Part shown: one piece after another, positions 11,557 to 22,638 of the stretch | Layout: every line of letters starts with the position of its first letter | Position numbering within the stretch: the first letter of the stretch is position 1 | Assembly: GCA_019704295.1 (NCBI GenBank) | Contig: AP024596.1 | Span: forward strand, 640,001-704,000 | Direction of reading: 5' to 3' | DNA: 64,000 nt | Source of the DNA: Sulfolobales archaeon HS-7 | Lineage (GTDB): Archaea; Thermoproteota; Thermoprotei_A; Sulfolobales; Sulfolobaceae | Made by a program: the position numbers and the translations under genes | Notes under the pieces: model-generated | Told to the model about the DNA's origin: nothing | Seen by the model: only the letters and a program-made list of their open reading frames with translations | Database searches by the model: none

Positions 11557-12602
11557 TGAAATATCGCTTTTTCCAACCAACTCTTCTCCACCTCAACTCT
11601 TTTCCAACTTCCTATACGTACAGGTAATGGAAGGGAGATCTTATCTCCATACCCTTTTTTATCCATACTTAATAGTAAGGAGATCTCATTTGGGTCGCCC
11701 TTGATGTTAAGTTCTGACGCGGTTAGAGGCAGACCAAACAACGATAGTATCCACTCAGTGTCCTCAACTACTCCCTCCTCACCAATCCCCAGTTCCTCTG
11801 ATATCTCAGCCTCACAGACCATACCCACTGCCACTGCCATGCCGTGATGAATCGAAAAACCAGATAAGGACTCGATAACGTGCCCGACTGTATGACCGAA
11901 ATTAAGCACAGAACGGATCCCTATTCGTTCCCTTTCGTCACTACTCACTATCTGGAGCTTCGATTCTACTGAAGACGCTATTATCTCCTCCACTGCTTCC
12001 TCATCCCTTTGTAATATCCTTTCGGAGTTGTTTGATAAGTAATCGTAGAGTCTTTTATTGAGAGTTATCCCATATTTTATCACCTCGGCAAGTCCCTGCC
12101 TGAAGTTTTTCTGCTCGAGAGAGTCGAGAAACCTAAGATCCTCAAGTACTAATTTAGGCTGATAAAACGTCCCTATTAAATTCTTTATTCCCCTATAATC
12201 GATACCGTTTTTACCGCCTAGAGAGGCATCGACCATCCCAAGTAGAGTAGTAGGCACGTTAGTTAAGTTGATCCCTCTCTTATAAATCGAGGCAATAAAG
12301 CCTACAACATCAGTTACCGTACCGCCTCCTACTGCGATCAGTGTATCTCTTCGCGACAAGTTTAATTCAATTAACTTATCTATTATTGACAAGACAGTCT
12401 GCAAATTTTTACTCCTCTCCCCATCATCTATTTCTAAGAGGGTATTGGGCTGTAATCCATGAAGGTAATTCCTAACATCATTAGTTAATCCAGAACCGTA
12501 TATAACTACTTTCTTCCCCTCTAGGCTTAATTCCTTAAGAGCTCCCCTTCCTATGTAAACTGTGATAGTTTCGTCTCCAACTTTTTCGGTAATCACTCTC
12601 AT
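11544..12602 (-). CDS. aroB: 3-dehydroquinate synthase
   Basis: GGGTVTDVVGF, PTTLLGMVDASLGGK, LNFGHTVGH, HGMAVA. Confidence 0.97.
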   Translation of the reverse strand: MRVITEKVGDETITVYIGRGALKELSLEGKKVVIYGSGLTNDVRNYLHGLQPNTLLEIDDGERSKNLQTVLSIIDKLIELNLSRRDTLIAVGGGTVTDVVGFIASIYKRGINLTNVPTTLLGMVDASLGGKNGIDYRGIKNLIGTFYQPKLVLEDLRFLDSLEQKNFRQGLAEVIKYGITLNKRLYDYLSNNSERILQRDEEAVEEIIASSVESKLQIVSSDERERIGIRSVLNFGHTVGHVIESLSGFSIHHGMAVAVGMVCEAEISEELGIGEEGVVEDTEWILSLFGLPLTASELNIKGDPNEISLLLSMDKKGYGDKISLPLPVRIGSWKRVEVEKSWLEKAIFQCLT

Positions 12603-13585
12603 ATTCTCCGTCCTATTACTTTGGAAAGTCCCCTTATCTGGTTCATAAGCTCCTCGAACATTGATATTGTTAATTGTTGTTTAGAATCGCTTAACGCCTT
12701 CTCAGGTTCAGGATGAACCTCGATGAGTAACATATCTGCTCCTGCAGCTATTGATGCTAGGGCCATGGACCTAACAAGTTCCCTATCTCCTGCAGGATGA
12801 CTTGGATCTGCACATACGGGTAAATGTGATAACCTCTTCGCAACGATCATTCCTCCTATATCAATAGTAAATCGCGTTGAATGCTCAAATGTCCTTATCC
12901 CCCTTTCACATAAAACAACTGAACCGTTTCCCTCTGCTAACACGTAATCTGCAGATGATAACCATTCGTCAACAGTATTTCCCATACCCCTTTTAAGGAG
13001 TACTGGTTTCCCGTATTTCCCTACATCCCTAAGTAGGGTGAAGTTTTGCGAGTTCCTGGCCCCAATTTGAATCATATTGACTCGATCGAAGTAGGGTAAA
13101 TCCCTTGCATCAAGCAATTCAGTAACAGTGGGTAATCCCGTTGACTCTGAGGCCTTAGTAAGTATTTCTATTCCTTTTGGTCCTAATCCCTGAAATGAAA
13201 ACGGCGAAGTCCTTGGTTTATATGCTCCTCCTCTGAGGAATTTTGCACCAGCTCTTTTTACTCCCTTAGCTACTTCGAAAACCTGTTCCTCGCTTTCCAC
13301 AGCGCATGGTCCAGCCGCTACGACAACGTCATTCCCCCCAATTTCGACTCCATTAACGTCAACTATAGTCTTCTCTTTCTTCCACTCGTTTCCAGATAAG
13401 ACGAAAGGAGTTTTTACCCTTACCTTAATCTCTATTGACGGATCGTCTATTCTAATCGCCTCTTCATCGGGCCATACTATCATTAATTGTTTCCCATACA
13501 ACTCAACGCTCTTGAAAGAAGCTGAAGATTTCTCCAGCTTTTCCTTAACGGAGTCCCATTTCCGCTTCATAATGAATACGTACAT
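12599..13585 (-). CDS. aroF: DAHP synthase (type I-beta) with N-terminal extension
   Basis: AGPCAVES, KPRTSP, IGARN, LKRG, DPSH, IEVH. Confidence 0.95.
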   Translation of the reverse strand: MYVFIMKRKWDSVKEKLEKSSASFKSVELYGKQLMIVWPDEEAIRIDDPSIEIKVRVKTPFVLSGNEWKKEKTIVDVNGVEIGGNDVVVAAGPCAVESEEQVFEVAKGVKRAGAKFLRGGAYKPRTSPFSFQGLGPKGIEILTKASESTGLPTVTELLDARDLPYFDRVNMIQIGARNSQNFTLLRDVGKYGKPVLLKRGMGNTVDEWLSSADYVLAEGNGSVVLCERGIRTFEHSTRFTIDIGGMIVAKRLSHLPVCADPSHPAGDRELVRSMALASIAAGADMLLIEVHPEPEKALSDSKQQLTISMFEELMNQIRGLSKVIGRRI

Positions 13586-14613
13586 CTTGAACCAAGCGCC
13601 TCCGCTACCTCGACAAGTTTTCTTACACCTATTAATCTAACTTCATGAGAGTATGGATTTTCCTCCTGTATTTCAAGTATTACGGGCAGTATCTCAGAAA
13701 TTTTCTGTAACAGTTTTTTCATCTCGGAGAAATTGGTAGTTGTTAGTCCCTCATCGTACTTTCCTAGCCTATTCCTTGCCTCCTCTATTGCCTTAATTAA
13801 TGCTATCATGTAGAAGTGAACAAGAGATTGGGTCACGGCCATGGTCCTTTCATGTTCTTCGAGATGGGTAGAGACAGGAGATAATCCGCATCCTCTCCAG
13901 AACTCAACATATTTCTTTACACTTACTTCTTCAAGGTTATCTATAATGATCGCTATCTTCTCGCCTATCGGTAATAACATTGGACCAAAAAGGGGGTGGA
14001 TGCTCACGTAATTGAAATCGAACTTTTTCGATAGCTCCAGGAATAATGGGAATGTCTTTGTCTTAGATGAAGAGATCTCACTTACGTCTTTCCCCTTTCC
14101 AAATTTTAATAATTCCTTGAAATACTTAGTGTAATACGCCTTAGGTGGTAGAGTAAATATTACGTATTCGGCCTCTCTGAATCCCTCTTCTTCACCAACA
14201 GCATTTACCGATAGGGAATTCGCAATTTTCCTAGTCTCTATCGGATCTACCCCACTCAGCATAACCTTGTGTCCGGCATAGGAAACCAATCTTCCTATTG
14301 TCTGTGCCATATTTCCGTAACCTATTATCAAGACGCTCTTCTTCTCATTAGGCAATACCTGCATCGCCCTAGAAAAGGGAATAATAGCCTCTATTACTTT
14401 ACTAGATAATGCCTCGGGGACTCCCTGAAGTCTGGATAACTCCTTCCATCTATTTATAACACTCTCCTCCCGTTTATAGTCCGAAATCTCCAGATTATTT
14501 GATGCCTTAATATGACCTATTTTTTCGCTTAATTTCAACCTCTCAGCAATTAACTTTACAATCTCTTCATCGACATAGTCAATTTGCGTCCTTAATTCTT
14601 CAAGCTCCTTCAT
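13567..14613 (-). CDS. tyrA: Chorismate mutase / prephenate dehydrogenase fusion
   Basis: N-terminal AroQ ([12 protein letters not shown]...RE), then IIGYGNMA Rossmann motif, HPLFGP. Confidence 0.9.
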   Translation of the reverse strand: MKELEELRTQIDYVDEEIVKLIAERLKLSEKIGHIKASNNLEISDYKREESVINRWKELSRLQGVPEALSSKVIEAIIPFSRAMQVLPNEKKSVLIIGYGNMAQTIGRLVSYAGHKVMLSGVDPIETRKIANSLSVNAVGEEEGFREAEYVIFTLPPKAYYTKYFKELLKFGKGKDVSEISSSKTKTFPLFLELSKKFDFNYVSIHPLFGPMLLPIGEKIAIIIDNLEEVSVKKYVEFWRGCGLSPVSTHLEEHERTMAVTQSLVHFYMIALIKAIEEARNRLGKYDEGLTTTNFSEMKKLLQKISEILPVILEIQEENPYSHEVRLIGVRKLVEVAEALGSRCTYSL

Positions 14614-15527
14614 ACGAACACTATCTCCTTTGCGGAATTGACCAACGCGGTTTTAGATAGCCCGAAGTGATCGAGGAGTTCCCTGTGATTTTTTGCTGTT
14701 CTACCAAATCCGTTTGTTCCCACCATCTTTATCCTGACCGGATACTTGCTTATTACAACTTCGGCAACAGCAGAACCAATTCCTCCATATACGTTATGTT
14801 CCTCTACCGTAATTATACGACCGGTTTTCCTAGCATATTTCTCTATTAAGTTCTCATCAATTGGCTTAATTGAGAGAAGGTTCACAACGGCTGCGCTTAT
14901 CCCTAACCTCTTCAAATCACGTGCAGCCTGTAAAGCGTCAAAGAGAGGAACTCCAGCTCCTATGAAGGTGAGATCATCGCCATCAGTAAGAACCTGAGCC
15001 TTACCTATTTCAAACTCGTAATCGATATCCCTAGTAATAGGAGGGGAGTAATCCCTTCCTATGCGATAATATAACGGTCCTTTACTTGTCACAACCTTTT
15101 CTAGGCTTCTGTTAATATCGTAAGAGTCCGCGGGGATAACTACTCTCATATTGGGCAAAACCCTCATAAGCGCAATGTCCTCTAAGACCTGATGACTACT
15201 CCCGTCACCACTATCGCTAAACCCTGTGTGGGTGGCAATTAGCTTTACATTCAAATTCATCCTGCACACTGTGTTTCTAATTTGTTCCCAAGCTCTTAAC
15301 AGAAACATGCCGAAATTTACTATAAGCGGTTTAAGTCCCATGGTAGCCATACCTGAAGCAAAACCTACTAAATCTTGTTCTGATATGCCCACGTTAAAGT
15401 ATCTGTCCGGGTATCTTTCTCTAAAGTACGATGCCCTCGTTGAATCACCAACATCAGCTGTTAATATCATAACGTCGTTGTATTTAGCTCCGATTTCAAG
15501 AAGCCCCTTCCCTAGAGCTTCACGCAT
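14610..15527 (-). CDS. Transketolase C-terminal subunit
   Basis: NVGISEQ, GDGSSHQ, TVEEH. Confidence 0.95.
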   Translation of the reverse strand: MREALGKGLLEIGAKYNDVMILTADVGDSTRASYFRERYPDRYFNVGISEQDLVGFASGMATMGLKPLIVNFGMFLLRAWEQIRNTVCRMNLNVKLIATHTGFSDSGDGSSHQVLEDIALMRVLPNMRVVIPADSYDINRSLEKVVTSKGPLYYRIGRDYSPPITRDIDYEFEIGKAQVLTDGDDLTFIGAGVPLFDALQAARDLKRLGISAAVVNLLSIKPIDENLIEKYARKTGRIITVEEHNVYGGIGSAVAEVVISKYPVRIKMVGTNGFGRTAKNHRELLDHFGLSKTALVNSAKEIVFV

Positions 15528-16332
15528 CGATGAACTTTCTTGCGATATCTGGACTCACCCGTTGTTTCTTCGTATTTTCAATAGGTTCAAATCCCTTCCC
15601 CCTTACAGTCCTAGCCAATATAACAGTTGGGTTCTGTGAATCTAGAGCTCTATCGATCGCTTTAGAAATTTGAGCTACATCATGACCATCGCACTCTATC
15701 ACATTCCACCCTATTGCCTCCCAGACCTTTCCTAATCTAGTTTTTGGCTTAATTTCGTCAGTTCTCCCATCGAGTTGTATTCCATTAACCTCAATAATTA
15801 CCGTTAAGTTATTTAGATTACGTGTAACCACATGAGTTGCGGCCTCCCATACCTGTCCTTCGTCGGTTTCTCCATCGCCCATGACTACAAACACCCTTCC
15901 CATTCCATTCATCATCTTTATTGATGCAGCAATTCCAGCTCCAAAGCTGAGTCCCTGACCCAAACTCCCCGTAGACATATCTACACCAGGTATGAAGGTT
16001 TCAGGATGTCCCTGGAGAATGGCGTTAACGCTGCCAATTTTCCACAGTTCCTCCTCGCTGAAATAGGCGAGTTCGGCGAGGATAGCGTATAGGGCTGGTG
16101 CCGCATGACCTTTACTCAAGATTATCCAGTTCCTGTTTACTAGTTCGTTACAATCATTCCTATATCTAAAGAGAAGAGTGGCTAAAACCTCAATACTACT
16201 TAAAGCTGAACCCGCGTGTATCGACTGATCGTATAACTGCATTTTTATTACATTCTTCCTCGCCCTGAGGGCGATCTGACTAATAGAAGAAATCTCTTCT
16301 ATTGATATTGGCTTTGCATCTGACCTCTCCAT
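15520..16332 (-). CDS. Transketolase N-terminal subunit
   Basis: [24 protein letters not shown]...N TPP motif; start taken at MERSDAK to leave room for the divergent promoter. Confidence 0.93.
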   Translation of the reverse strand: MERSDAKPISIEEISSISQIALRARKNVIKMQLYDQSIHAGSALSSIEVLATLLFRYRNDCNELVNRNWIILSKGHAAPALYAILAELAYFSEEELWKIGSVNAILQGHPETFIPGVDMSTGSLGQGLSFGAGIAASIKMMNGMGRVFVVMGDGETDEGQVWEAATHVVTRNLNNLTVIIEVNGIQLDGRTDEIKPKTRLGKVWEAIGWNVIECDGHDVAQISKAIDRALDSQNPTVILARTVRGKGFEPIENTKKQRVSPDIARKFIDA

Positions 16333-16398
16333 TGGTGCATTTGAAACACCTGAAAATAACAGAATTCTTTTATTAATAAGCATTTCGAGTCTCATTAG

Positions 16399-17265
16399 AT
16401 GGAAAGGTATTCGAGGCAGATTCTTGCGATAGGAGTAGACATTCAGGAGAAAATACAGAGGAGCAGGGTTGCTGTAATAGGAATAGGAGCTCTGGGTTCA
16501 AGGGTCTCAGAAATACTTACTCGAATGGGCGTGAAAAGATTAAGGTTCGTAGATCCCGATATAGTTGAGATATCGAACCTCCACAGGGTTTCTCTGTTTG
16601 ATGAAAGCGACATAGGAATGCCAAAAGTAATAGCAGCGACTAAGCATCTCGAGAAAATAAATAGCGAAGTTACTTTTGAACCCATTGTTGATACAGTAGA
16701 TAATATAAGCTGGAGGGAACTGCTGAAAGGAATTGATGTAATAATTGACGGTCTCGACAATGATTTAAGCCGTTCCTTTCTGAATTACGCCTCTGTACAT
16801 TTGGGGATACCGTATATATACGGGGCAGTAACCGGCGAATATGGAAACGCTATGTTAATATTACCAGGAAAAACTCCTTGTTTAGCTTGTTTTATGAAAG
16901 TTAGTTCGACCAATAACGCATGTGAGGTAATCGGCGTTTCTCCGCCAATAGTCGAAACTATTGCAGCTTTAGAGGTCCAACTCTTTTTAAATCTCTTGAG
17001 GGGGATTGAGGAGTCGGAGCTTCTGTACGTCGACTTATCCAATATGTCTTTAGATAAGATAAAAATCAAAAGAAATGATAAGTGCAGCGTATGCTCATTG
17101 GGGAAAGAACCCAGTATAAACGGGAATCCTTGTGGTGTAGAGAGAGTGAAGCAGTATGATGGAGAACTAACGTTTTCAAACGAATACATAAACGTCTATA
17201 ATTCAGAAAAAGGAGTTTATCTTGTGTATAAGGATAAAATATTCCTTAAGAAGAGAGTATCCTAG
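16399..17265 (+). CDS. ThiF/MoeB E1-like activating enzyme (UbaA/ELSA type)
   Basis: RYSRQ, GIGALG, SNLHR, two CxxC motifs, putative catalytic Cys in NACEVIG. Confidence 0.9.
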   Translation: MERYSRQILAIGVDIQEKIQRSRVAVIGIGALGSRVSEILTRMGVKRLRFVDPDIVEISNLHRVSLFDESDIGMPKVIAATKHLEKINSEVTFEPIVDTVDNISWRELLKGIDVIIDGLDNDLSRSFLNYASVHLGIPYIYGAVTGEYGNAMLILPGKTPCLACFMKVSSTNNACEVIGVSPPIVETIAALEVQLFLNLLRGIEESELLYVDLSNMSLDKIKIKRNDKCSVCSLGKEPSINGNPCGVERVKQYDGELTFSNEYINVYNSEKGVYLVYKDKIFLKKRVS

Positions 17266-17623
17266 CGATTTCCTGAATTTTACGTAACTAGTGTCTACAG
17301 ACGCTAAAATAAGCTCTTTGTAATTGAGTGTCCTCAATTCCTTCTTATTTATCCTTTACAACCTCCTTAAACTCGGGAAACGCCGCTCTTATTACCTTCC
17401 ACGGGGAAACACGTAGTACTAGGGATGAGGATAGCAAGTCTACACAATGGATTAGTGCTAAGAAGTCGAAGTTGCCCAAGGCTAATAACGTCAAGGACTA
17501 TTACGTCTATGTAGGTAGCGTTCTGAACTCACTCTTACCACGGCTGTGTTAGAGGCGAAGTGGTGCCTCTACTATCACTCCCACCCTTTTGGGAGTAGCA
17601 ATATCCATGTAAGTTATCTCTTT

Positions 17624-17910
17624 GCGAACTTACCCTTTTTTGGCAGAATAAGCTTCCTGCCTCACAGCTCTTCCCCCCAGAGGTCACCATAGGCACTAAT
17701 GGTCGTACCGACCCCAAAGTGAACTTAACGTTAGTGTCCCACATAGGACTGTTATTGGAGCAGAGGCGTACCACATCAACCCTCGCTTAGACGTCTTGAT
17801 GACGCTTACTCCATCAATGACTGCTATTGATATCTTGATGCGAACCGATATTTAAACTGACACAAACGGGCTATCCACCCTCGTGGGTCTTCCGCCCCCT
17901 TTTGAACCCC
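17624..17910 (-). mobile_element. Non-autonomous IS200/IS605-derived element (SMN-like), copy A
   Basis: Core GACGTCTAAGCGAGGGTTGATGTGGTACGCCTC shared with copies at about 23.8, 34.3 and 59.8 kb; IS605-like ends. Confidence 0.65.
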
Positions 17911-18017
17911 TATCAAGATAAAAAATCGCTAATAAGCAATCCTACTGCGTGAAAAGTACTTATCTAGTAAATGCCTAATCCCAATAATGTTTTAAATACA
18001 GGATTAGAAGTCTAGTT

Positions 18018-18530
18018 ATGCCATTACGACCGGGAAGATGTTACAGAAAGTTTTCGGGACCAGCGTATACTAGGAAGGAATATATTCCAGGAGTTCCCAT
18101 GCCTAAAATATCCAAGTTTACTATGGGAGATCCCAACAAGGACTACGATTACGAGGTGTCACTCGTCCTTACTCAAGTAGGACAGATAAGACATAACGCA
18201 CTAGAAGCGTCAAGAGTTATCGCGCATAAAACCATGAGTACTAGAGTGGGAAACGAAACCGATTTCTTCATGACCGTAAATAAATATCCTCACCATGTTA
18301 TAAGGGAGAACAAAATGATGGCTTTCGCGGGAGCAGATAGATTACAAGATGGAATGAGACTGTCTTTCGGAAAGCCAATAGGTACCGCAGTCAGAGTTTA
18401 TACACAAGGTGAAGTGTTGATGAAGTTCTACGTTAAAAAACAGCACCTCACGTTTGCTAGAGAGGCCTTTGATATAGCCTCAAAGAAGCTTCCACTGAGA
18501 ACGAGAGTAGAGGTAAAGCCACTAAAATGA
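18018..18530 (+). CDS. rpl10e: 50S ribosomal protein L10e (uL16)
   Basis: [36 protein letters not shown]. Confidence 0.98.
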   Translation: MPLRPGRCYRKFSGPAYTRKEYIPGVPMPKISKFTMGDPNKDYDYEVSLVLTQVGQIRHNALEASRVIAHKTMSTRVGNETDFFMTVNKYPHHVIRENKMMAFAGADRLQDGMRLSFGKPIGTAVRVYTQGEVLMKFYVKKQHLTFAREAFDIASKKLPLRTRVEVKPLK

Positions 18531-19525
18531 GTTTTGACTTCGATTTAGATGGAGTATTGGAGTCGGTAAAAAAGCACGGAGCTAAAAGGGTTTTACTTCA
18601 ATTTCCAGATGGGTTAAAGCCATTCTCTACGGAAATTGTAAATAAACTTGAGGAAAGACTTCCTGGTGTAGAATTCGTAATTTCTGGCGAACATAGCTAC
18701 GGTTCATGTGATATAGCTGAAGACGAGGCAGAACTGGTGTCGGCAGATCTAATCATACATTTTGGTCATTCCCCTTATACCTGGTACTTCCCCAAGTTTC
18801 CTACCACGTTTATTGAGGTAAAAGCTGACTTCAAGATGAGCGAGGACCTGATTAACTCCCTCCTCTCGTACATAGATAAGTACTCAGCTAAGAGTGTATC
18901 TATATCATCTACATTACAATACGCTAACGTAATACAAGAGTTGAGGAGGAGGTTAGAGGAAAAGGTTAAAGTTTACGTAGGGAAGCCGTCGATCCCTGTT
19001 ATGAAGGATGGACAAATTTTAGGATGCGATCTGAAGGCAGTTAATATTAATGCCGACTTAAATGTCCATGTTTCTGGAGGGATGTTCCATGCACTCGGTG
19101 TGGGATTAGCCACAGGGAAGCCAACAGTAAAAGTTGATCCCGATTTAAACAAAGTCCAGGATATATCCCCTGAAGTCTATAGAGTATTGAAAATAAGATA
19201 TGCGAAGGTAATGGAGGCCATGTATGCATCGAACTGGATTATAGTACAGGGATTGAAAGTGGGACAGAACAGACCCTATATGGTGAAATATTTAAAGAGG
19301 GGATTAGAGAGTAAGAACAGAAAAGTTTACATTATTACATCTAAATTGTTGACTAAGGACGTATTAAGGAACGTTGATAGGAGTTACATTGATGCGTATG
19401 TCGTAACCAGCTGCCCACGAATACCTACAGACGACTTATATGATTTTGAAAAACCCGTTCTAACTCCAGGAGAGGCAAAAATGATTATTAATGAGAAACT
19501 CGATACCTATATATTTCCGTGGTGA
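18527..19525 (+). CDS. dph2: Diphthamide biosynthesis protein Dph2
   Basis: [28 protein letters not shown]. Confidence 0.96.
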   Translation: MSFDFDLDGVLESVKKHGAKRVLLQFPDGLKPFSTEIVNKLEERLPGVEFVISGEHSYGSCDIAEDEAELVSADLIIHFGHSPYTWYFPKFPTTFIEVKADFKMSEDLINSLLSYIDKYSAKSVSISSTLQYANVIQELRRRLEEKVKVYVGKPSIPVMKDGQILGCDLKAVNINADLNVHVSGGMFHALGVGLATGKPTVKVDPDLNKVQDISPEVYRVLKIRYAKVMEAMYASNWIIVQGLKVGQNRPYMVKYLKRGLESKNRKVYIITSKLLTKDVLRNVDRSYIDAYVVTSCPRIPTDDLYDFEKPVLTPGEAKMIINEKLDTYIFPW

Positions 19526-20109
19526 AAATGGCAGATAACGAGATAGTTCTGCCTTCTCAAAGGCTTGCAACAGAAGAGGAGTTCATGCCTGGAGATAATA
19601 CCTACGTTATCAACGGAGAAGTCAGAGCATCACAAGTCGGTAAGGCATTCTTCGACATGATAAACAGGAAAGTAAACGTAATATCTCCTAAGAAAAGTGG
19701 TGTTATACTACTAAAAAATGCTAAGACAGCTACGGGGGAAGTTGTTGAAGTAAGGGATGACATGGCATACGTCGAGATCTTTATGTTAGACGAGAAGGAG
19801 ATATCAGGGACAATATCTGCAATTCTCCCCTTCGCTTATACTAAGGAAAAGGGGATAGAGAGCATAAAGGAAGCTGTAAGAATAGGTGATATAATTAGGG
19901 GAAAACCCCTTAACAAAAACATTCCGGTAATACTTACCATTAAACAGAAGGAATTTGGCGTTATATTCGCCAGGTGCTCAATTTGCGGCACGGTCTTGCT
20001 AAGGGAGGAAAATGTTCTTAAATGTGGAAACTGCGGTAATATAGAGAAGAGAAAGCTAGGAGTCTATATGGTGAAGAGGAATGGAACTAAAAGTCAGAGA
20101 AAGGAGTAA
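19519..20109 (+). CDS. csl4: Exosome RNA-binding subunit Csl4
   Basis: EEEFMPG N-terminus, S1 domain, CSICG...CGNCG zinc ribbon, EKRK. Confidence 0.95.
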   Translation: MVKMADNEIVLPSQRLATEEEFMPGDNTYVINGEVRASQVGKAFFDMINRKVNVISPKKSGVILLKNAKTATGEVVEVRDDMAYVEIFMLDEKEISGTISAILPFAYTKEKGIESIKEAVRIGDIIRGKPLNKNIPVILTIKQKEFGVIFARCSICGTVLLREENVLKCGNCGNIEKRKLGVYMVKRNGTKSQRKE

Positions 20110-20383
20110 TACGACGTTAGTGGTTGAAATAGAGGGGGAAGAACACACATTAGGAAACTTACTGGTAAAGCAACTGGGAAGGGAATCTCATGTGAAGGTT
20201 GCATCGTATTATAAGGAACACCCGCTTACAGATTCTATAGTATTGAGGATCGAAACTGACGGTCAGGTAACTCCTGAGGAGGCAATTAAGAACGTGATAG
20301 GGAAAATAATGGCCCTATCGGAGAGATTTGAGGAAGAGGTAAAAAATGGGACAGAAAAGGGGAAGAGTAGGCGTAAAGGTTGA
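20081..20383 (+). CDS. rpoL: RNA polymerase subunit Rpo11 (L)
   Basis: IEGEEHTLGNLL, YYKEHPL. Confidence 0.96.
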   Translation: MELKVRERSNTTLVVEIEGEEHTLGNLLVKQLGRESHVKVASYYKEHPLTDSIVLRIETDGQVTPEEAIKNVIGKIMALSERFEEEVKNGTEKGKSRRKG

Positions 20384-20594
20384 GGTAAACGGTATATACT
20401 TTTTATGCGTATTCAGAGAAGGCGTTTTAGAGCACATATTTATAGGGGAGGATAAACTGGGCAAAGTAAGGGAAGAGATTACTTATTCCAACTTCGGTGT
20501 TGGGCTTCAATATTCTGGGGAATTAATTCACGAATGCGAAAGGCTCGGAGAGATGATTAGCGTAAAGCTAAAAAAGCTTGCTGAAGATAAGTAG
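20346..20594 (+). CDS. Hypothetical protein
   Basis: 82-aa ORF filling the gap between rpoL and tfs in the same operon. Confidence 0.6.
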   Translation: MGQKRGRVGVKVEVNGIYFLCVFREGVLEHIFIGEDKLGKVREEITYSNFGVGLQYSGELIHECERLGEMISVKLKKLAEDK

Positions 20595-20605
20595 AGGGTA
20601 TTGCT

Positions 20606-20932
20606 ATGAAGTTCTGTCCAAAGTGTAACTCAATGCTCCTTCCAAGGAAAGTAAACGGCGTGTCCAAGTTAGTATGTTCAAAATGCGGATATGAGGAGGA
20701 ATCTGCGGAAAAAACTACCCTAAAGACTACAGTAAAGCATACAGTTCACGATAAAACCCTCGTCATCGAAGAAGAAACTGCTAGCGCTCAAAGGATAAAG
20801 GGGGTGGTCTGTCCTAATTGTAAAAACGATGAGGCTTATTTTTGGATGCTCCAAACTAGAAGTGCAGATGAGCCCGCAACAAGATTTTACAGATGCGTAA
20901 AGTGTAATAAGGTTTGGAGAGAGTACGAATAG
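20606..20932 (+). CDS. tfs: Transcription factor S (TFS)
   Basis: Two zinc ribbons, QTRSADEP motif. Confidence 0.97.
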   Translation: MKFCPKCNSMLLPRKVNGVSKLVCSKCGYEEESAEKTTLKTTVKHTVHDKTLVIEEETASAQRIKGVVCPNCKNDEAYFWMLQTRSADEPATRFYRCVKCNKVWREYE

Positions 20933-21741
20933 CGATTTTGAAGGATCAATATATATATTCTCTGACGGTAATAAAAATGGAGAAATTCTTGGTAAGCAGT
21001 GCTGAAAGGGAAGCTAAGGAAAACCTCATAGCGTTAATAGCAAAAGGAGTAGATAGGATCTGCTTTCAAAGGGATAGCACGGACTCAATAATTTTCGCGA
21101 TGAACGTTGCCAAGGAGGCGAAAGCAATAACGATTCTTTCCAATAACTATGACGAAAGATGTGAGGTTTCTGTAAAAAGGGGTGACAGTAACGTCATGAA
21201 ATTAAGGGAGAGAGTCTTCTCTCTTGGTAAAACCTCGTTCTCTTCGATTCTACCTATAACCGAATCTAATACACCTACAATATTGCTAGGTATTACATCA
21301 TCTGTCATTGAGGAGAAAAGGGTACCTACAGCCTGGGAGGAAAGCGTAATGTCCTCTGTAGCAGGGAATGGGATAAACTACGAGAAGTCTCCTCCATTAA
21401 TTTCGTATAGGACGATGAACATTGAAACTTCCTTAAAACTATCATCCTACTTATTCAAGGATGCCAACAAAGTAAAAAACAGGTTAATTGAGGAAAACGT
21501 TAATCTAAAGCAGAAGTACACAGAGTTAACCGATGAGTTAACTATAAGAATTGACGAGATATTAAGGGAAGAAATTACCATGTACGTTCCGGAGAAATCG
21601 GCGTATTACTTTGATGTAGATATCAGGGAGGTTTTCTTCGCAATACGAAACAAGTTTAACGCGTTACTGGAATTTTGTTGGAACCCTCAATACATGTATA
21701 AAGTAATAGCGGATTACAGAAGGGATATACATTTAGTCTAA
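20914..21741 (+). CDS. Probable catalytically inactive RecJ/Cdc45-like protein
   Basis: GINYEKSPPLISYRTMNIETSLKLS resembles the archaeal RecJ/GAN/Cdc45 insertion region; no DHH motif; likely start ATG 20977. Confidence 0.45.
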   Translation: MERVRIAILKDQYIYSLTVIKMEKFLVSSAEREAKENLIALIAKGVDRICFQRDSTDSIIFAMNVAKEAKAITILSNNYDERCEVSVKRGDSNVMKLRERVFSLGKTSFSSILPITESNTPTILLGITSSVIEEKRVPTAWEESVMSSVAGNGINYEKSPPLISYRTMNIETSLKLSSYLFKDANKVKNRLIEENVNLKQKYTELTDELTIRIDEILREEITMYVPEKSAYYFDVDIREVFFAIRNKFNALLEFCWNPQYMYKVIADYRRDIHLV

Positions 21742-21789
21742 GATAGGCTAACAGAAAACGAAACCCTTATAAGTTTTCAAAAGAAATGG

Positions 21790-22593
21790 ATGCGAATAAT
21801 GAGAGTTATAGTATTAGGCAATATCCCAGAGCTTCTGATAGATAAGGTTTTGGACACCGGAGCAACGTTGTTCCATAAGGGAAATTACGTGCCATTCATC
21901 AGAAGAAATCAATTCGATAAAATAGCGATACTCTTTGAGAAAAGGTTTATAAGAGGAGCATATAACCTGGCAAAGAAGATCAGTGAGGTATACGCCCTTT
22001 CTTACCCAGAACTCGGGGACAGCATAGAACTTGTAGGTGCTTTAAGGGAAAACGGGGTAAAGGCTGGCATACTATGGTATGGAAAGGCCAGCATTGAGGA
22101 GAGGAGTATTCCCTTAGTTTTCTCGAAAAAGGTAAGAGTAGCTGTCATCAGACCAGACGAACCTGATCTACTGGGGTGGGTTATAGAGGATAGTGATAAT
22201 TTCGTCATAGATTACCTGGAAAATTATGAGGAGGGAAATTACGATTTAGTTGGATGCTTAGATTGCACCGCCTGCTTTCCCACCTTCGACTCTAGATTAG
22301 TGGCTTTAGCGGCCATTTTGAATATAAAATGCACTGCAGTAACGGTAAGTGATGTTAGGGAAAACGACATTATATTGAACATACCCTGTGAAAGGAAATT
22401 CAATGAAAGAGTAGTGTCGTTAGTAAGGCCAAATAAGTGGTTTAGTAGATTTCAGATAGTTGAGGGAAAAATAGAGGGACGTACTCTTCACCTTTCCAAT
22501 GGAGCTGGGGCCATCCTGGAAAGACCTTTGGGAAAGGCATTTCTACTCTATGAGATGGATGCTTCTTCATTAATGGAGGAAATATACAAGTGA
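21790..22593 (+). CDS. Hypothetical protein with CxxCxxC segment
   Basis: 267-aa ORF; TATA-like CTTATAAG at about 21766 suggests a leaderless start at ATG 21799. Confidence 0.7.
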   Translation: MRIMRVIVLGNIPELLIDKVLDTGATLFHKGNYVPFIRRNQFDKIAILFEKRFIRGAYNLAKKISEVYALSYPELGDSIELVGALRENGVKAGILWYGKASIEERSIPLVFSKKVRVAVIRPDEPDLLGWVIEDSDNFVIDYLENYEEGNYDLVGCLDCTACFPTFDSRLVALAAILNIKCTAVTVSDVRENDIILNIPCERKFNERVVSLVRPNKWFSRFQIVEGKIEGRTLHLSNGAGAILERPLGKAFLLYEMDASSLMEEIYK

Positions 22594-22638
22594 AAACTGA
22601 GATCGCCTTAATATACTCAGTTTCTCAGACTATTAATC

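Noticed and set aside
7033-16332. Bacterial-type DAHP synthase/AroB pathway as a recent horizontal transfer
   Set aside because: This operon organisation is the expected one in Sulfolobales.
17328-17774. Short ORFs 17328-17552(+) and 17535-17774(-)
   Set aside because: No motifs; the second overlaps non-coding repeat copy A, so both are probably spurious.
21739-21799. ORFs 20914-21741 and 21790-22593 are in the same frame, separated by a single TAA (possible read-through or split gene)
   Set aside because: The spacer contains a BRE/TATA-like GAAACCCTTATAAG correctly placed for a leaderless start at 21799; same-frame adjacency is likely chance.
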